From positions 2,208,001-2,272,000 of the forward strand of contig CBDETK010000013.1 in the NCBI GenBank assembly GCA_965242865.1: DNA of 64,000 bases, written 5' to 3'. The notes under the pieces were generated by a model. The model saw only the letters and a list, made by a program, of their open reading frames with translations, had not been told where the DNA came from and ran no database searches. The translations under genes and the position numbers were made by a program. Below, one piece after another: positions 26,811 through 35,410 of this stretch; the first letter of the stretch is position 1, and every line of letters begins with the position of its first letter. This stretch comes from Candidatus Latescibacterota bacterium (GTDB taxonomy: Bacteria; Latescibacterota; UBA2968; UBA8231).

Positions 26811-27779
26811 TTACCGTGCGACCGAAGCCTTGATATGGCCCCAGCTATCGTGCTCAACCGAAGACTCGGGCGCGTAATTTGCGAGCGCGTCTTCGTCGAG
26901 CGGCAGCAAGACAAAGTCGGAAAACGAACTGGCGTTGCCAAAGATGTCGGACTGGCCGCCCAACGTCCATTTGGCTGTCCACGGGTTCCGGTCTTCGGCG
27001 TCTTCCGGGCCGTTGTCGTTATCGACGACCTGCAAACCCGCGCCGACGATTTCCAACTCGACGAAGTCGTGCTGCTCGCTCAGCTCGGGGCCCTGCCAGT
27101 TGAAGTCGTCCCAGCCAATGGTGTACCACTCGGCTTGGAAATTGGCCTCAGCACCGTGGACGCCGTCGAGGTTGAAGGAGTCGCTGCAGCACTGATACGG
27201 CTCGTCGCCGTGCCAAGTTGAGCTAGACATCCAAAACCAGCTCCAGCCATTGGGATCGCTGCCAGAGGTGATGGGCGGCCAGCGGTAGTGCGAGGTCTGG
27301 GTCTGGCCGCCGGTGAAGAGCTTGCTCTCTTCTTCGGTCAAGTCGCCAGAAATGCCAGCACCGCCAGCGTGGAACCAGCCACCGGAGTGGTCGGAGTCCA
27401 AACCGATCTCAATGGAATCGTCTTGGCCGCAGCAGCCAATGCCGCCGGCATCGCGATCCCAAACGTTGTCAAAGCGGTCGAAGACATAGTAGATGCGATC
27501 CAGCTCGTCGTTCCAGCCCATGGCAAAGCGGAAGAACAGATTGGAGCGGTCTTTTTCGCGCCCGACGTCGCCTTCACCGACGATGATGTCGGGATCATCG
27601 CTGTCGAGCCACACCTCGGCCGGCAAAATATCCCACTCGGAGATGTCGCCGTCGAGGACGGGCAGTTTGTCGGTCGGCCACTGGAAGGCGCCAAAGACCC
27701 TCCCTTCGGGAATGTGGGCGAAGGCAGACGAACTGACCAAACCCATAATAGCAGCCAACGCCGCAATTTTCTTGCTCAT
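26811..27779 (-). CDS. Secreted CBM9/DOMON-like protein with C-terminal SVExxSWGxIK tail
   Basis: Signal peptide ending AFA-H; FQWP..LPVLDGDISEW; ends SSVEHDSWGHIKASVAR. Confidence 0.65.
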   Translation of the reverse strand: MSKKIAALAAIMGLVSSSAFAHIPEGRVFGAFQWPTDKLPVLDGDISEWDILPAEVWLDSDDPDIIVGEGDVGREKDRSNLFFRFAMGWNDELDRIYYVFDRFDNVWDRDAGGIGCCGQDDSIEIGLDSDHSGGWFHAGGAGISGDLTEEESKLFTGGQTQTSHYRWPPITSGSDPNGWSWFWMSSSTWHGDEPYQCCSDSFNLDGVHGAEANFQAEWYTIGWDDFNWQGPELSEQHDFVELEIVGAGLQVVDNDNGPEDAEDRNPWTAKWTLGGQSDIFGNASSFSDFVLLPLDEDALANYAPESSVEHDSWGHIKASVAR

Positions 27780-27857
27780 GCTACAACCCCCTATGTTGGT
27801 TGAATGAGTGATAAAAAACGCCCCGTATTGCAGGACGCATGAGGCGGAAGTGTCTCA

Positions 27858-27886
27858 ATTCAATAGTGAAATACCTTTTTTGTCAA
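27858..27886 (-). promoter_or_regulatory. Putative sigma70 promoter for the 27779 gene
   Basis: Minus-strand TTGACA followed by an AT-rich spacer and TATTGAAT; the -10 match is weak. Confidence 0.35.
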
Positions 27887-27908
27887 GTATTTTCTCTTGC
27901 TCACTTGC

Positions 27909-29651
27909 TCAGGAATCCCCCTTGAGCGGCGTCCCGGTGGCCCAAGGCATGGCACTCAGGCTCAAATCCTTCCGCTGGGCCGCGGCCTGCAAGTGGCGCG
28001 CCCGATTCCAGTGCCTTTTTGCGAGGGGCTGATTGCCCATTTTTTGGTAGGTCTGCGCGAGGGCCAAGTGGGCGCGGTCGTAGCCCGCGTCTAGGGCCAC
28101 CGCGCTCTCAAACGCGCCAATGGCCTCCCCGAGCCGGTCCATTTTTGCGTATTCCACCCCCAGATTGAAATGGGCTTGCGCCAATTCGGGATCGAGCGCG
28201 ATGGCCCGTTGGTGCAGGCCGATGGCCGCCTTCAAATCGCCTTGGCGCGAATGGGCGATCCCCAAGTGCGTATAGGCTTGAGCGTAGGTAGAATCCGCGC
28301 CAATGGCCTGTTGGTGGGCGGCGATGCCGCGGTCGAAATCCCCTCGGCGGCTATAGGCTATTCCCAAGTCGTCGTGGGCTTTGGCCACGCTCGGCGCCAG
28401 CCGGGACAAGTATTCCTTGGCGCGGACATCCGACAGCGAATACCGAGCGTCGCTCCAAGCCAAGAAGAGGATGGGGACCCCAAAGTACAGCACCTGCTTG
28501 CCGGTCTCGAACCCGTATAGGAGCACCGGCCACCGCGCCCGCGCATTCTGCCAGCGCGTCGCCAGCGCGGCCCAACTGCGGCGCGGCAGCACTTCCTCAG
28601 CGGAATCGTCGGGTATCAAATTCCGCCGGATCTCTTTCTTGCCGACCTTCCACATGAAGCCGTCGTAGTAGTAGTGCATAAAGGCCGAGGTGGCGATGAG
28701 CACCTTGACTATATCGTAGATCAGGAAATTTTGGGTCGCCCGCGCCAGAGCCTCGATGCCGCCGTATGCCAGTATCAGCACTAGGTAAAACAGGACGATC
28801 CGCAAGCGCCCGTCGGCGAACAGGAAGCGAAAGAAGGACCGCCCCAAGTCGCGCGACCGCCGGAGCACCCCGTGATTGTAGATCCACACGATGGCAAAGT
28901 ACTGAATGTCGTGGGCCAGCGCGGTGATCGCGTAGCCCAAGATGACGTCTTCGAGCACGATGTACGCGTAATAGACCGTGGCAAACGTCGTGGCCGAAAT
29001 CGCCAGCTTGGGCCAGACGATGGGCGCCCCGCGCCGCCTTTCGACGACCATGTTGACCACGTAAATCGCCGACAAGGCCAAGGCCAAGTACAACAGGGCA
29101 TCCCGCAGTGAGAACACGTATTCGGGTTTGATATAGGTGTACAGCCCAAAGCCGTAGCGGTGGCAGCGCTCTAAAAAATTGATCAGATAGTGGGGGCTCG
29201 CCGCGATCACATAGCCGAACCAGACGGCCGTCAGCCACCAGTCCAGCCGTGCACTCAACGGCGAGGGCCGACGTCGCTTGACCTCGTAGATCCGCATGAA
29301 GCCGTAGTGCTGCATGAAGAAGTGCCACATGTCCCACAGGGCCAAGAAGATGAAAAACCCGAGGTGGCCGTTGAACACGCTCCAACTGACAAAGGAGGCG
29401 ATGACCAGCGGAGCGACGATGAAGCGGGCCTTGTAGCGACCAAACAGCTCGCGCTCGCCATAGGCGCGCAGCAGCCCGGGCAGGTGGTGCCCCACCGCAA
29501 AAAAGGCCAGCACAAAGAGGGCAATGTCCGCTGAGGTGAAGTAGTTGGCGGCGAGCAGCAGCGCCGCGAGTGAGAGCAGGGGGGTGCCGATGAAAAACAA
29601 AAAATCCCAGCGGCGGCTAATGATCCAGCCCTGCGGTGCAGCCGTCGTCAT
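27909..29651 (-). CDS. Multi-pass membrane protein with His motifs fused to C-terminal TPRs
   Basis: Many TM segments; GHH, WHFFMQHYG, HDIQY, HYYYDG; TPR repeats (AHFNLG...A.ALDP). Confidence 0.75.
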   Translation of the reverse strand: MTTAAPQGWIISRRWDFLFFIGTPLLSLAALLLAANYFTSADIALFVLAFFAVGHHLPGLLRAYGERELFGRYKARFIVAPLVIASFVSWSVFNGHLGFFIFLALWDMWHFFMQHYGFMRIYEVKRRRPSPLSARLDWWLTAVWFGYVIAASPHYLINFLERCHRYGFGLYTYIKPEYVFSLRDALLYLALALSAIYVVNMVVERRRGAPIVWPKLAISATTFATVYYAYIVLEDVILGYAITALAHDIQYFAIVWIYNHGVLRRSRDLGRSFFRFLFADGRLRIVLFYLVLILAYGGIEALARATQNFLIYDIVKVLIATSAFMHYYYDGFMWKVGKKEIRRNLIPDDSAEEVLPRRSWAALATRWQNARARWPVLLYGFETGKQVLYFGVPILFLAWSDARYSLSDVRAKEYLSRLAPSVAKAHDDLGIAYSRRGDFDRGIAAHQQAIGADSTYAQAYTHLGIAHSRQGDLKAAIGLHQRAIALDPELAQAHFNLGVEYAKMDRLGEAIGAFESAVALDAGYDRAHLALAQTYQKMGNQPLAKRHWNRARHLQAAAQRKDLSLSAMPWATGTPLKGDS

Positions 29652-29663
29652 CGATCCCCGCTC

Positions 29664-32591
29664 CTACAATCCGGCAAATACCGAAAGGAACACGAGGCCC
29701 GAGGTCTTCCGCTCTGCATCCCCGCCTTTAATCTCCAGCGACCGCCGATCAAACCGCACCCCGAGCTGAGTGGTCAGGTCGTACCCGGCATAGGCGCGCG
29801 TGCTCGTCAGTTGGCAGGCCAAAACCGTGCCGCGAAAGTCGCCGGTCCGCTCTTGGGCCGCCAGAGGGCCTTCGTCGGTTTCGAGGTCGTAGAAGTAGCG
29901 TCCTTCAATTCCGAGCTGGACGTGCGAGCTGTGGAGAATCGGGAAATTCGCCAGCACCATGTAGAGCACATCGTAGCTGCGTTCCCGTTGCGCGCTGCGG
30001 CTGAAGGGCACGCGGCGCAGAAATTCGCTCTTAATGCGCGGGGAAATGGCGATTGACTTCCAAGAGAACGCATAGGAGACCTTGTCGATCAACCCGACAA
30101 AACTCGACGTCTCGCGCCCGTTGCGGCCTTCGGGACCCAAGGGATCGAAAGCCACCACGGACGCCCCGGCGTCGTCCCGGGCCCATATCACCTCGGCCCC
30201 TCGCTGCTTCCACACCTCCAATTTGAAGCGGTGGCGGGTGCTCCAGCCCCTCGGGCTGTCGTACTCCCAGTCCGAGTACAAGGTGTTGATCCACGTATTC
30301 TCGGCCGCCAGCAGGTCGGGCACGGGCACGTTGCTGCCAGCCGTCTCGCTGAATTGGCCGAACTCGGCGCGCGGCACGATCCACTGCACGAGGGGATCCT
30401 CAATGTTGTCTTCGGCCCGCCGCACCATGTCGAACAGCCGCCAGCGACCGAGGGTGGGGTGGGTCTTGGCAAAGGCAATGATTCCGTAGAAGGTATCGTT
30501 GTCGCGCGCGGCTTGGTGCATGGCTTGGCGCAGGCGGCCCACCGTGAGGCGGATTGCGGGGTTGACTTGGACGCTGGTGTAAAAATTGTAGCCCCAGTGG
30601 TCTTTCTTGTAGGGATAATCCGGCTCGTCGTCGTTTTCAAAGCGATCGACCCAGCCGTTGTTGTTCAAATCAATGCCAAAGAGAAACTCGGGCCGGTCCA
30701 CCTCGTAGCGGAGAAAAGGCTCTTCGTAGTCTGGAAAGAAGTTTTGCCGCTCGCCGTTGCTGTTTTGGTTGAAGTCGGAAATAAAGTCTCCGTTTTCGTC
30801 GTACCCGGGAAAAACCGCTGGATCGGCCACGCCATTGGCCCGCACCCGGAAAGTCTGCCCCGGAATGGGGATCAAACTGCCCTGAAAGCGGCGCAACTGA
30901 TCGGGGTGCCGGTCGTTGTCGTCGTTGTCATCGACAAAGTCGTAGGACTGGATGATGGCTTCGGGCGAATAGTCAACCAAGCCGCGGCCATCCACGGGCC
31001 GCACGTTGGTGCTGTACCCGTCGTCCATGCCAAACCCTTCGAGAAAAAATTGCCACGGGCCAATCGCCCGCGCCACGTTGACCATGTACGCCATGTCGTG
31101 CCGGTCGCCGACAATGCCGGCAATGGCCGCGTGTTTCTTTAGAGTCGTCGTGGGGTACTTGCGATACTGGGTGCTGATGTTGAGCTCGCCGTAGAAGTCG
31201 AACCCGTACCAATCGCGCATTTCAGCGGTGACGCCGTAGAGCTGACTCGCGGTGGGCAGCCCGTAGTCAAAGGCCACCTCTTGCTGGTTGAGGCGGTTTT
31301 TGATGTTGCCGGCCGCGCGCGCAACCGGCAGAAATTGCGGCTGATCCACCGGATTGGTCTGCCGGTCGGACGCGACCTCTACCCGGTAATCGTTGGCCAG
31401 CACCAGCCGGAAGCGCACCTTCTTGATCGCGGTCACCGCATCTTCGGCCTCGGCCGAGCTCAGCCCCAAGCTCTGCTGCAATAGCAGGCGCAACGTCCCG
31501 ACCTCGTCTTCCCCATCTTCGGCCGCCAGCGGGTATTTGAGCGTTATGCGCTCCGGACCATCGGCGGTGAGGAAGCCGTCGCGCACCTTGCCTCCTTCGC
31601 GCAACGGGCGGTAGCCGATGCTGCTGCCGGTGATGACCGTGTCCCGCGGCACCAAAGCCACGCTATCGCCCGCAGCCACCGCGCGCATCAAGGTCGTCGT
31701 GATCTCCACGTCGTCGCTGAAGAGCACGGCCCCGCCCTCGCCGTCTTCGGGCGAATCGTCGGACAGGCGCACCACGAGCAATTCGAGACGCCGGTCTAGC
31801 TGGCCCGAGGTCAGCAACCCGGTAAAGGGGCTTTCCTGAAAGCTCTCCAAGGCCCCGTTGTTGCTGTGGGAATTGACAAAGGTCGCGCCCAAGGTCAGAT
31901 GATCGCCGACATCGGCCTCAAGGCGCAGGGCCGATAGATTGGTCGCGTTTTCTAGCTGCCGGGTGGGAAAATCCGCGCTGATGTCGATGATCGGCGACGA
32001 GATCCGCGAAAATAGCCCGGTCCCCCGCAAGCGCTGGCTGGCCAAGCTGAGCACCACGCCATTGAAGCCGGTCTTGCGAAACGTCAGGGGCGTGAGCGTC
32101 GTAAAAAGCTCGTCGCCGACCACGATCGAATAGCTGTAATCGCCGCTGGTATCCGAAGAGATGATGAGGCGGTTGAACCAGCTTAGGTACTCGCCGCGCT
32201 TGGTGACCTGATTGCTGGCACTGGTCAGCGGCTGGGTCTGCCGCCAATCGTAGATGAGCCAGCCGCGGGTGATCAAATCGCCGTAGGGATCGTAAAAGTA
32301 GAACCCCTCTTGGCTGCGCGACACGTAGCGGAGAAAAGGCTCCCGCGCATAGTTGGTGTACTGCCACTGGCGGCGGCCGTACTCGGTAAACAACTCCTGC
32401 GGCAAGTACCAGCGCTGAATGGTGGGGTCTAGCGCGTCGATTAGCATGGACCGGCCGGCCGCCGAGAACACGCGGCGCTCGTCGGCCCGGCGGCCGAGGC
32501 GGTTGCCGTAGTCTAGCTGGGCGCCGACCTCGAGGACGCCGAGGACCCCTGCGACCAAGAGCAACGCGCATTTAGCTCGCAACGCGCCCAT
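29664..32591 (-). CDS. Large putative outer-membrane (beta-barrel-like) protein, paralog 2
   Basis: Signal peptide; amphipathic beta-strand patterns; C-terminal strand VFLSVFAGL; Asp-rich loops; paralog of the next gene. Confidence 0.55.
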   Translation of the reverse strand: MGALRAKCALLLVAGVLGVLEVGAQLDYGNRLGRRADERRVFSAAGRSMLIDALDPTIQRWYLPQELFTEYGRRQWQYTNYAREPFLRYVSRSQEGFYFYDPYGDLITRGWLIYDWRQTQPLTSASNQVTKRGEYLSWFNRLIISSDTSGDYSYSIVVGDELFTTLTPLTFRKTGFNGVVLSLASQRLRGTGLFSRISSPIIDISADFPTRQLENATNLSALRLEADVGDHLTLGATFVNSHSNNGALESFQESPFTGLLTSGQLDRRLELLVVRLSDDSPEDGEGGAVLFSDDVEITTTLMRAVAAGDSVALVPRDTVITGSSIGYRPLREGGKVRDGFLTADGPERITLKYPLAAEDGEDEVGTLRLLLQQSLGLSSAEAEDAVTAIKKVRFRLVLANDYRVEVASDRQTNPVDQPQFLPVARAAGNIKNRLNQQEVAFDYGLPTASQLYGVTAEMRDWYGFDFYGELNISTQYRKYPTTTLKKHAAIAGIVGDRHDMAYMVNVARAIGPWQFFLEGFGMDDGYSTNVRPVDGRGLVDYSPEAIIQSYDFVDDNDDNDRHPDQLRRFQGSLIPIPGQTFRVRANGVADPAVFPGYDENGDFISDFNQNSNGERQNFFPDYEEPFLRYEVDRPEFLFGIDLNNNGWVDRFENDDEPDYPYKKDHWGYNFYTSVQVNPAIRLTVGRLRQAMHQAARDNDTFYGIIAFAKTHPTLGRWRLFDMVRRAEDNIEDPLVQWIVPRAEFGQFSETAGSNVPVPDLLAAENTWINTLYSDWEYDSPRGWSTRHRFKLEVWKQRGAEVIWARDDAGASVVAFDPLGPEGRNGRETSSFVGLIDKVSYAFSWKSIAISPRIKSEFLRRVPFSRSAQRERSYDVLYMVLANFPILHSSHVQLGIEGRYFYDLETDEGPLAAQERTGDFRGTVLACQLTSTRAYAGYDLTTQLGVRFDRRSLEIKGGDAERKTSGLVFLSVFAGL

Positions 32592-35401
32592 TACTGGATT
32601 CCGGCATACACGGTGATGAAGCTCGTCGTCGAATTGCTGCTCTCGCGGCCCTTGGCAAACCCACTGTCTTTCTCTAGCACCAACTCTTCTTGGATGCGCC
32701 CGTAGCGCAGGCCGATCTGGGTCGTCAGGCGATACCCCATGTAGTCCGAAGAATTAGACAGTTGCACGGCCACGTTTATGCTGCTCTCGTCGCCCGTTTT
32801 CGTGGTGATGCCGCTGGCGACCATGGCGTCCTCGTCGCGCATCAAATCCCGCCGCAGCAGTTGCTCTATACCGCCCATGAGCACGGTGTGCTTGAGCACC
32901 GGCAGTTGAGCCAGCAGCATGAAGCTGCCGGTCCACTCCTTGCGCTCGTCCTCTTGCGCCAAAAACGGCGTACGCCGCAGGTATTCGCTCTTGAACTTGG
33001 GCTGGAGGCTGAAGCGACCCAAGTCGTAGGTATAGTCGAATTTGTTGATCAACCCCAAGAAGCTGGTGTCGGTCCGCAGGCGCCGGCCGTCTATGTCGCG
33101 GGGGTCGTCTTGGTTTTGGCGGTAGAATTCGTACTTGAACTTGTTGATGATGTTGAGCCGCTCAATGCCCACGTAGTCGAACCCGAGCCACAGGGAATTG
33201 ACCCAAGTGTCTTGGGCCGGCAGAATGTCCGGGACGAGGGGCTGAATCGCCGGGGCATCGACGTAAGGCGTGGGGGGGCGCCGGTCGTCGGGAATGGTGT
33301 CGGCGACCTTTTTTAACGAGTCAAACACCCGCAAGCGCCCCACGCCCGGCACATCGCGGTCAAAGGTAAAGAGCGCGTACTGGACGCGGTTTGAGCGGTC
33401 GGCCGAAATCATCTGCTCGTCCGCCTGCCCCAAGGTCAGCCGTGCGCCCGGCACGATCTCAGCACCCGCGAACACATTGTAGCCCTGCCGGTCGGTCTTG
33501 TAGGGATAGTCCGGCAAGTCGTCGTCTTCAAAGCGGTCGATCCAATCGTTGTTGTTCAGATCGATGCCAAAGAGGAATTCGGGCCGATCCACGGCATAGC
33601 GCAAAAACGGCTCGTCGTAGTCGGGAATGAGGTTGTTGACCGTGCCGTTGTCGTTTTGGTTGAAGTCCGAGATGAAGTCGTTGTTTTCGTCCCAGCCGGG
33701 AAAAATGAGCCGGTCGTTGGCCGACCCCGCGCGGATCCAATCGGGGTATTGGTCTTGGTCGTCGTTGTCCTCGACGAACTCGTAGAAGTTGCGCTGGGAA
33801 TTGTCGTATTGGATGTCGCCGTTGGCATCGACCAAAAAAGCCGTGGTCGAATACGCGTCGTCCATCGCATAGACCTCGCCGAAGAAGAACCACGGATGAA
33901 ACTGACGGGAGAGGTTGAAAAACCAAGCGTCGGACTGCTCGGTGGCAATTTTGTGGTTCTTGCCGGCCGTAAACAGCGCGGCATTGGGATACTGAAAGTA
34001 GCGCTTGTTGCGGTCCCACTCTCCGTAGAAGTCAAACCCCCACAGCCCCTTGCCCTCCACCGTAAAGCCGCCGACTAGGTTGCCTGTGGGCAGGCCGTAG
34101 TCAAATTTGACGAGCTGGAGATTGGAGATGTCTTGCACGTTGCCCTCGGCGCGCCGCAGGGTAATCAGCGCCGGCTCGCTGGCGTCGATGGTCTCGGCAC
34201 TCAGGGGCGCGGCCGGCATGGCGCGGCGGCCGGTCTGGCGGTCGGACCACATCTCCACCTTGAAGTCGTTGCCCAAGACGTATTCAAATTCCACGGCCAC
34301 GATCGCGGTCGGGTCTGGCCCGATGTACGCGGGGTCGTTGAAGTCGTAGTTGAGCACGATGCGCTCGTACCCGTCGGCGGCCGTGTAACCTTGCCGTTCA
34401 AAGCCGCCGAATTTAATCGGCCACTCCGCGCCCGGGCGCACGACCTCCTCGGCCTCAAAAACCTCCTCTTTGTTGGTCTCAAAATCGCGGCTGATGATGC
34501 GCACCCGGTCGCGGAACAACGCCGCGCCGCCCTCGCCATCTTCGGGCGTGTCGTCGCTGAGAATGATGGCAATGGCCGTCAGCGGCGTGCTGCTCTGGCC
34601 GGACGTGAGGCTGCCGGCGATCAAGTCGCCGCTGAACAGATCGAGCGTGGTGTTGGTGTTGCGGGCATCCACTAGGGTCGCGCCCACCTCGATGAAGTCG
34701 CCGACCTGCACTGTGCCGCGCCCACCGAACATGGTCGTGGTGTTGGTGCGGGTCTCTGGCTCGCGGGTCTCGCCCAAGATCGGGTCGCTGATCCGCGAGG
34801 CCAAGATCGTGCCGGCGTACTTGTCGGCCATGAAGTCGATCTGGACGCCATTGAAGCGAGGCCGCGAGAAGGTCAGGGGCGTGAGGGTCGTGCGCAGCAG
34901 ATTGCCGACCGTAATGGAATAGTAGTACTGGCTCTGGGAGTCGCCGCCAATGGTGACCCCGTTGAACCAAGAGTCGAAGCGGGCATTCTGAAAGATGCTG
35001 CTGCCGAGCTGGCCGGGTTGGTTTTGGCTCCAGTCGTAGATCAGCCAGCCGCGCCCGATGAAGTTGCCGTAGAAATCGTAGAAATAGTCGCCTTCGCGGT
35101 GGATGTTGACATAGCGCCGAAACTCGTCCTTCGCGTAGTTGGAGTACTCCCATTGCCGCCAGCCGTATTCATTGAAAAGCTCTTGCGGGATGTACCACTT
35201 TTTAATGGCCGGATCGAGGGCACCAAACAGGACCCCCGGGCCGCGCGGCTCAAAGCTGACCGCCCCGCCGCGCTGGCGTCCCAAGCGGTTGCCATACTCT
35301 TGGGCTTCAGCCGTGCCGGCCCACAACGCCAGCGCGGCCCAACCAATCAGCCCCCACATTCTAAACGCTTGCAAGTCATCTCTCCCTAAATTTTGATCCA
35401 T
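32591..35401 (-). CDS. Large putative outer-membrane (beta-barrel-like) protein, paralog 1
   Basis: Signal peptide AEA-Q; shares YGNRLG, ALDP.I..WY.PQELF and DRPEFLFGIDLNNN.W.DRFE with the paralog; ends FITVYAGIQ. Confidence 0.55.
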   Translation of the reverse strand: MDQNLGRDDLQAFRMWGLIGWAALALWAGTAEAQEYGNRLGRQRGGAVSFEPRGPGVLFGALDPAIKKWYIPQELFNEYGWRQWEYSNYAKDEFRRYVNIHREGDYFYDFYGNFIGRGWLIYDWSQNQPGQLGSSIFQNARFDSWFNGVTIGGDSQSQYYYSITVGNLLRTTLTPLTFSRPRFNGVQIDFMADKYAGTILASRISDPILGETREPETRTNTTTMFGGRGTVQVGDFIEVGATLVDARNTNTTLDLFSGDLIAGSLTSGQSSTPLTAIAIILSDDTPEDGEGGAALFRDRVRIISRDFETNKEEVFEAEEVVRPGAEWPIKFGGFERQGYTAADGYERIVLNYDFNDPAYIGPDPTAIVAVEFEYVLGNDFKVEMWSDRQTGRRAMPAAPLSAETIDASEPALITLRRAEGNVQDISNLQLVKFDYGLPTGNLVGGFTVEGKGLWGFDFYGEWDRNKRYFQYPNAALFTAGKNHKIATEQSDAWFFNLSRQFHPWFFFGEVYAMDDAYSTTAFLVDANGDIQYDNSQRNFYEFVEDNDDQDQYPDWIRAGSANDRLIFPGWDENNDFISDFNQNDNGTVNNLIPDYDEPFLRYAVDRPEFLFGIDLNNNDWIDRFEDDDLPDYPYKTDRQGYNVFAGAEIVPGARLTLGQADEQMISADRSNRVQYALFTFDRDVPGVGRLRVFDSLKKVADTIPDDRRPPTPYVDAPAIQPLVPDILPAQDTWVNSLWLGFDYVGIERLNIINKFKYEFYRQNQDDPRDIDGRRLRTDTSFLGLINKFDYTYDLGRFSLQPKFKSEYLRRTPFLAQEDERKEWTGSFMLLAQLPVLKHTVLMGGIEQLLRRDLMRDEDAMVASGITTKTGDESSINVAVQLSNSSDYMGYRLTTQIGLRYGRIQEELVLEKDSGFAKGRESSNSTTSFITVYAGIQ

Positions 35402-35410
35402 CTGAGCCAG

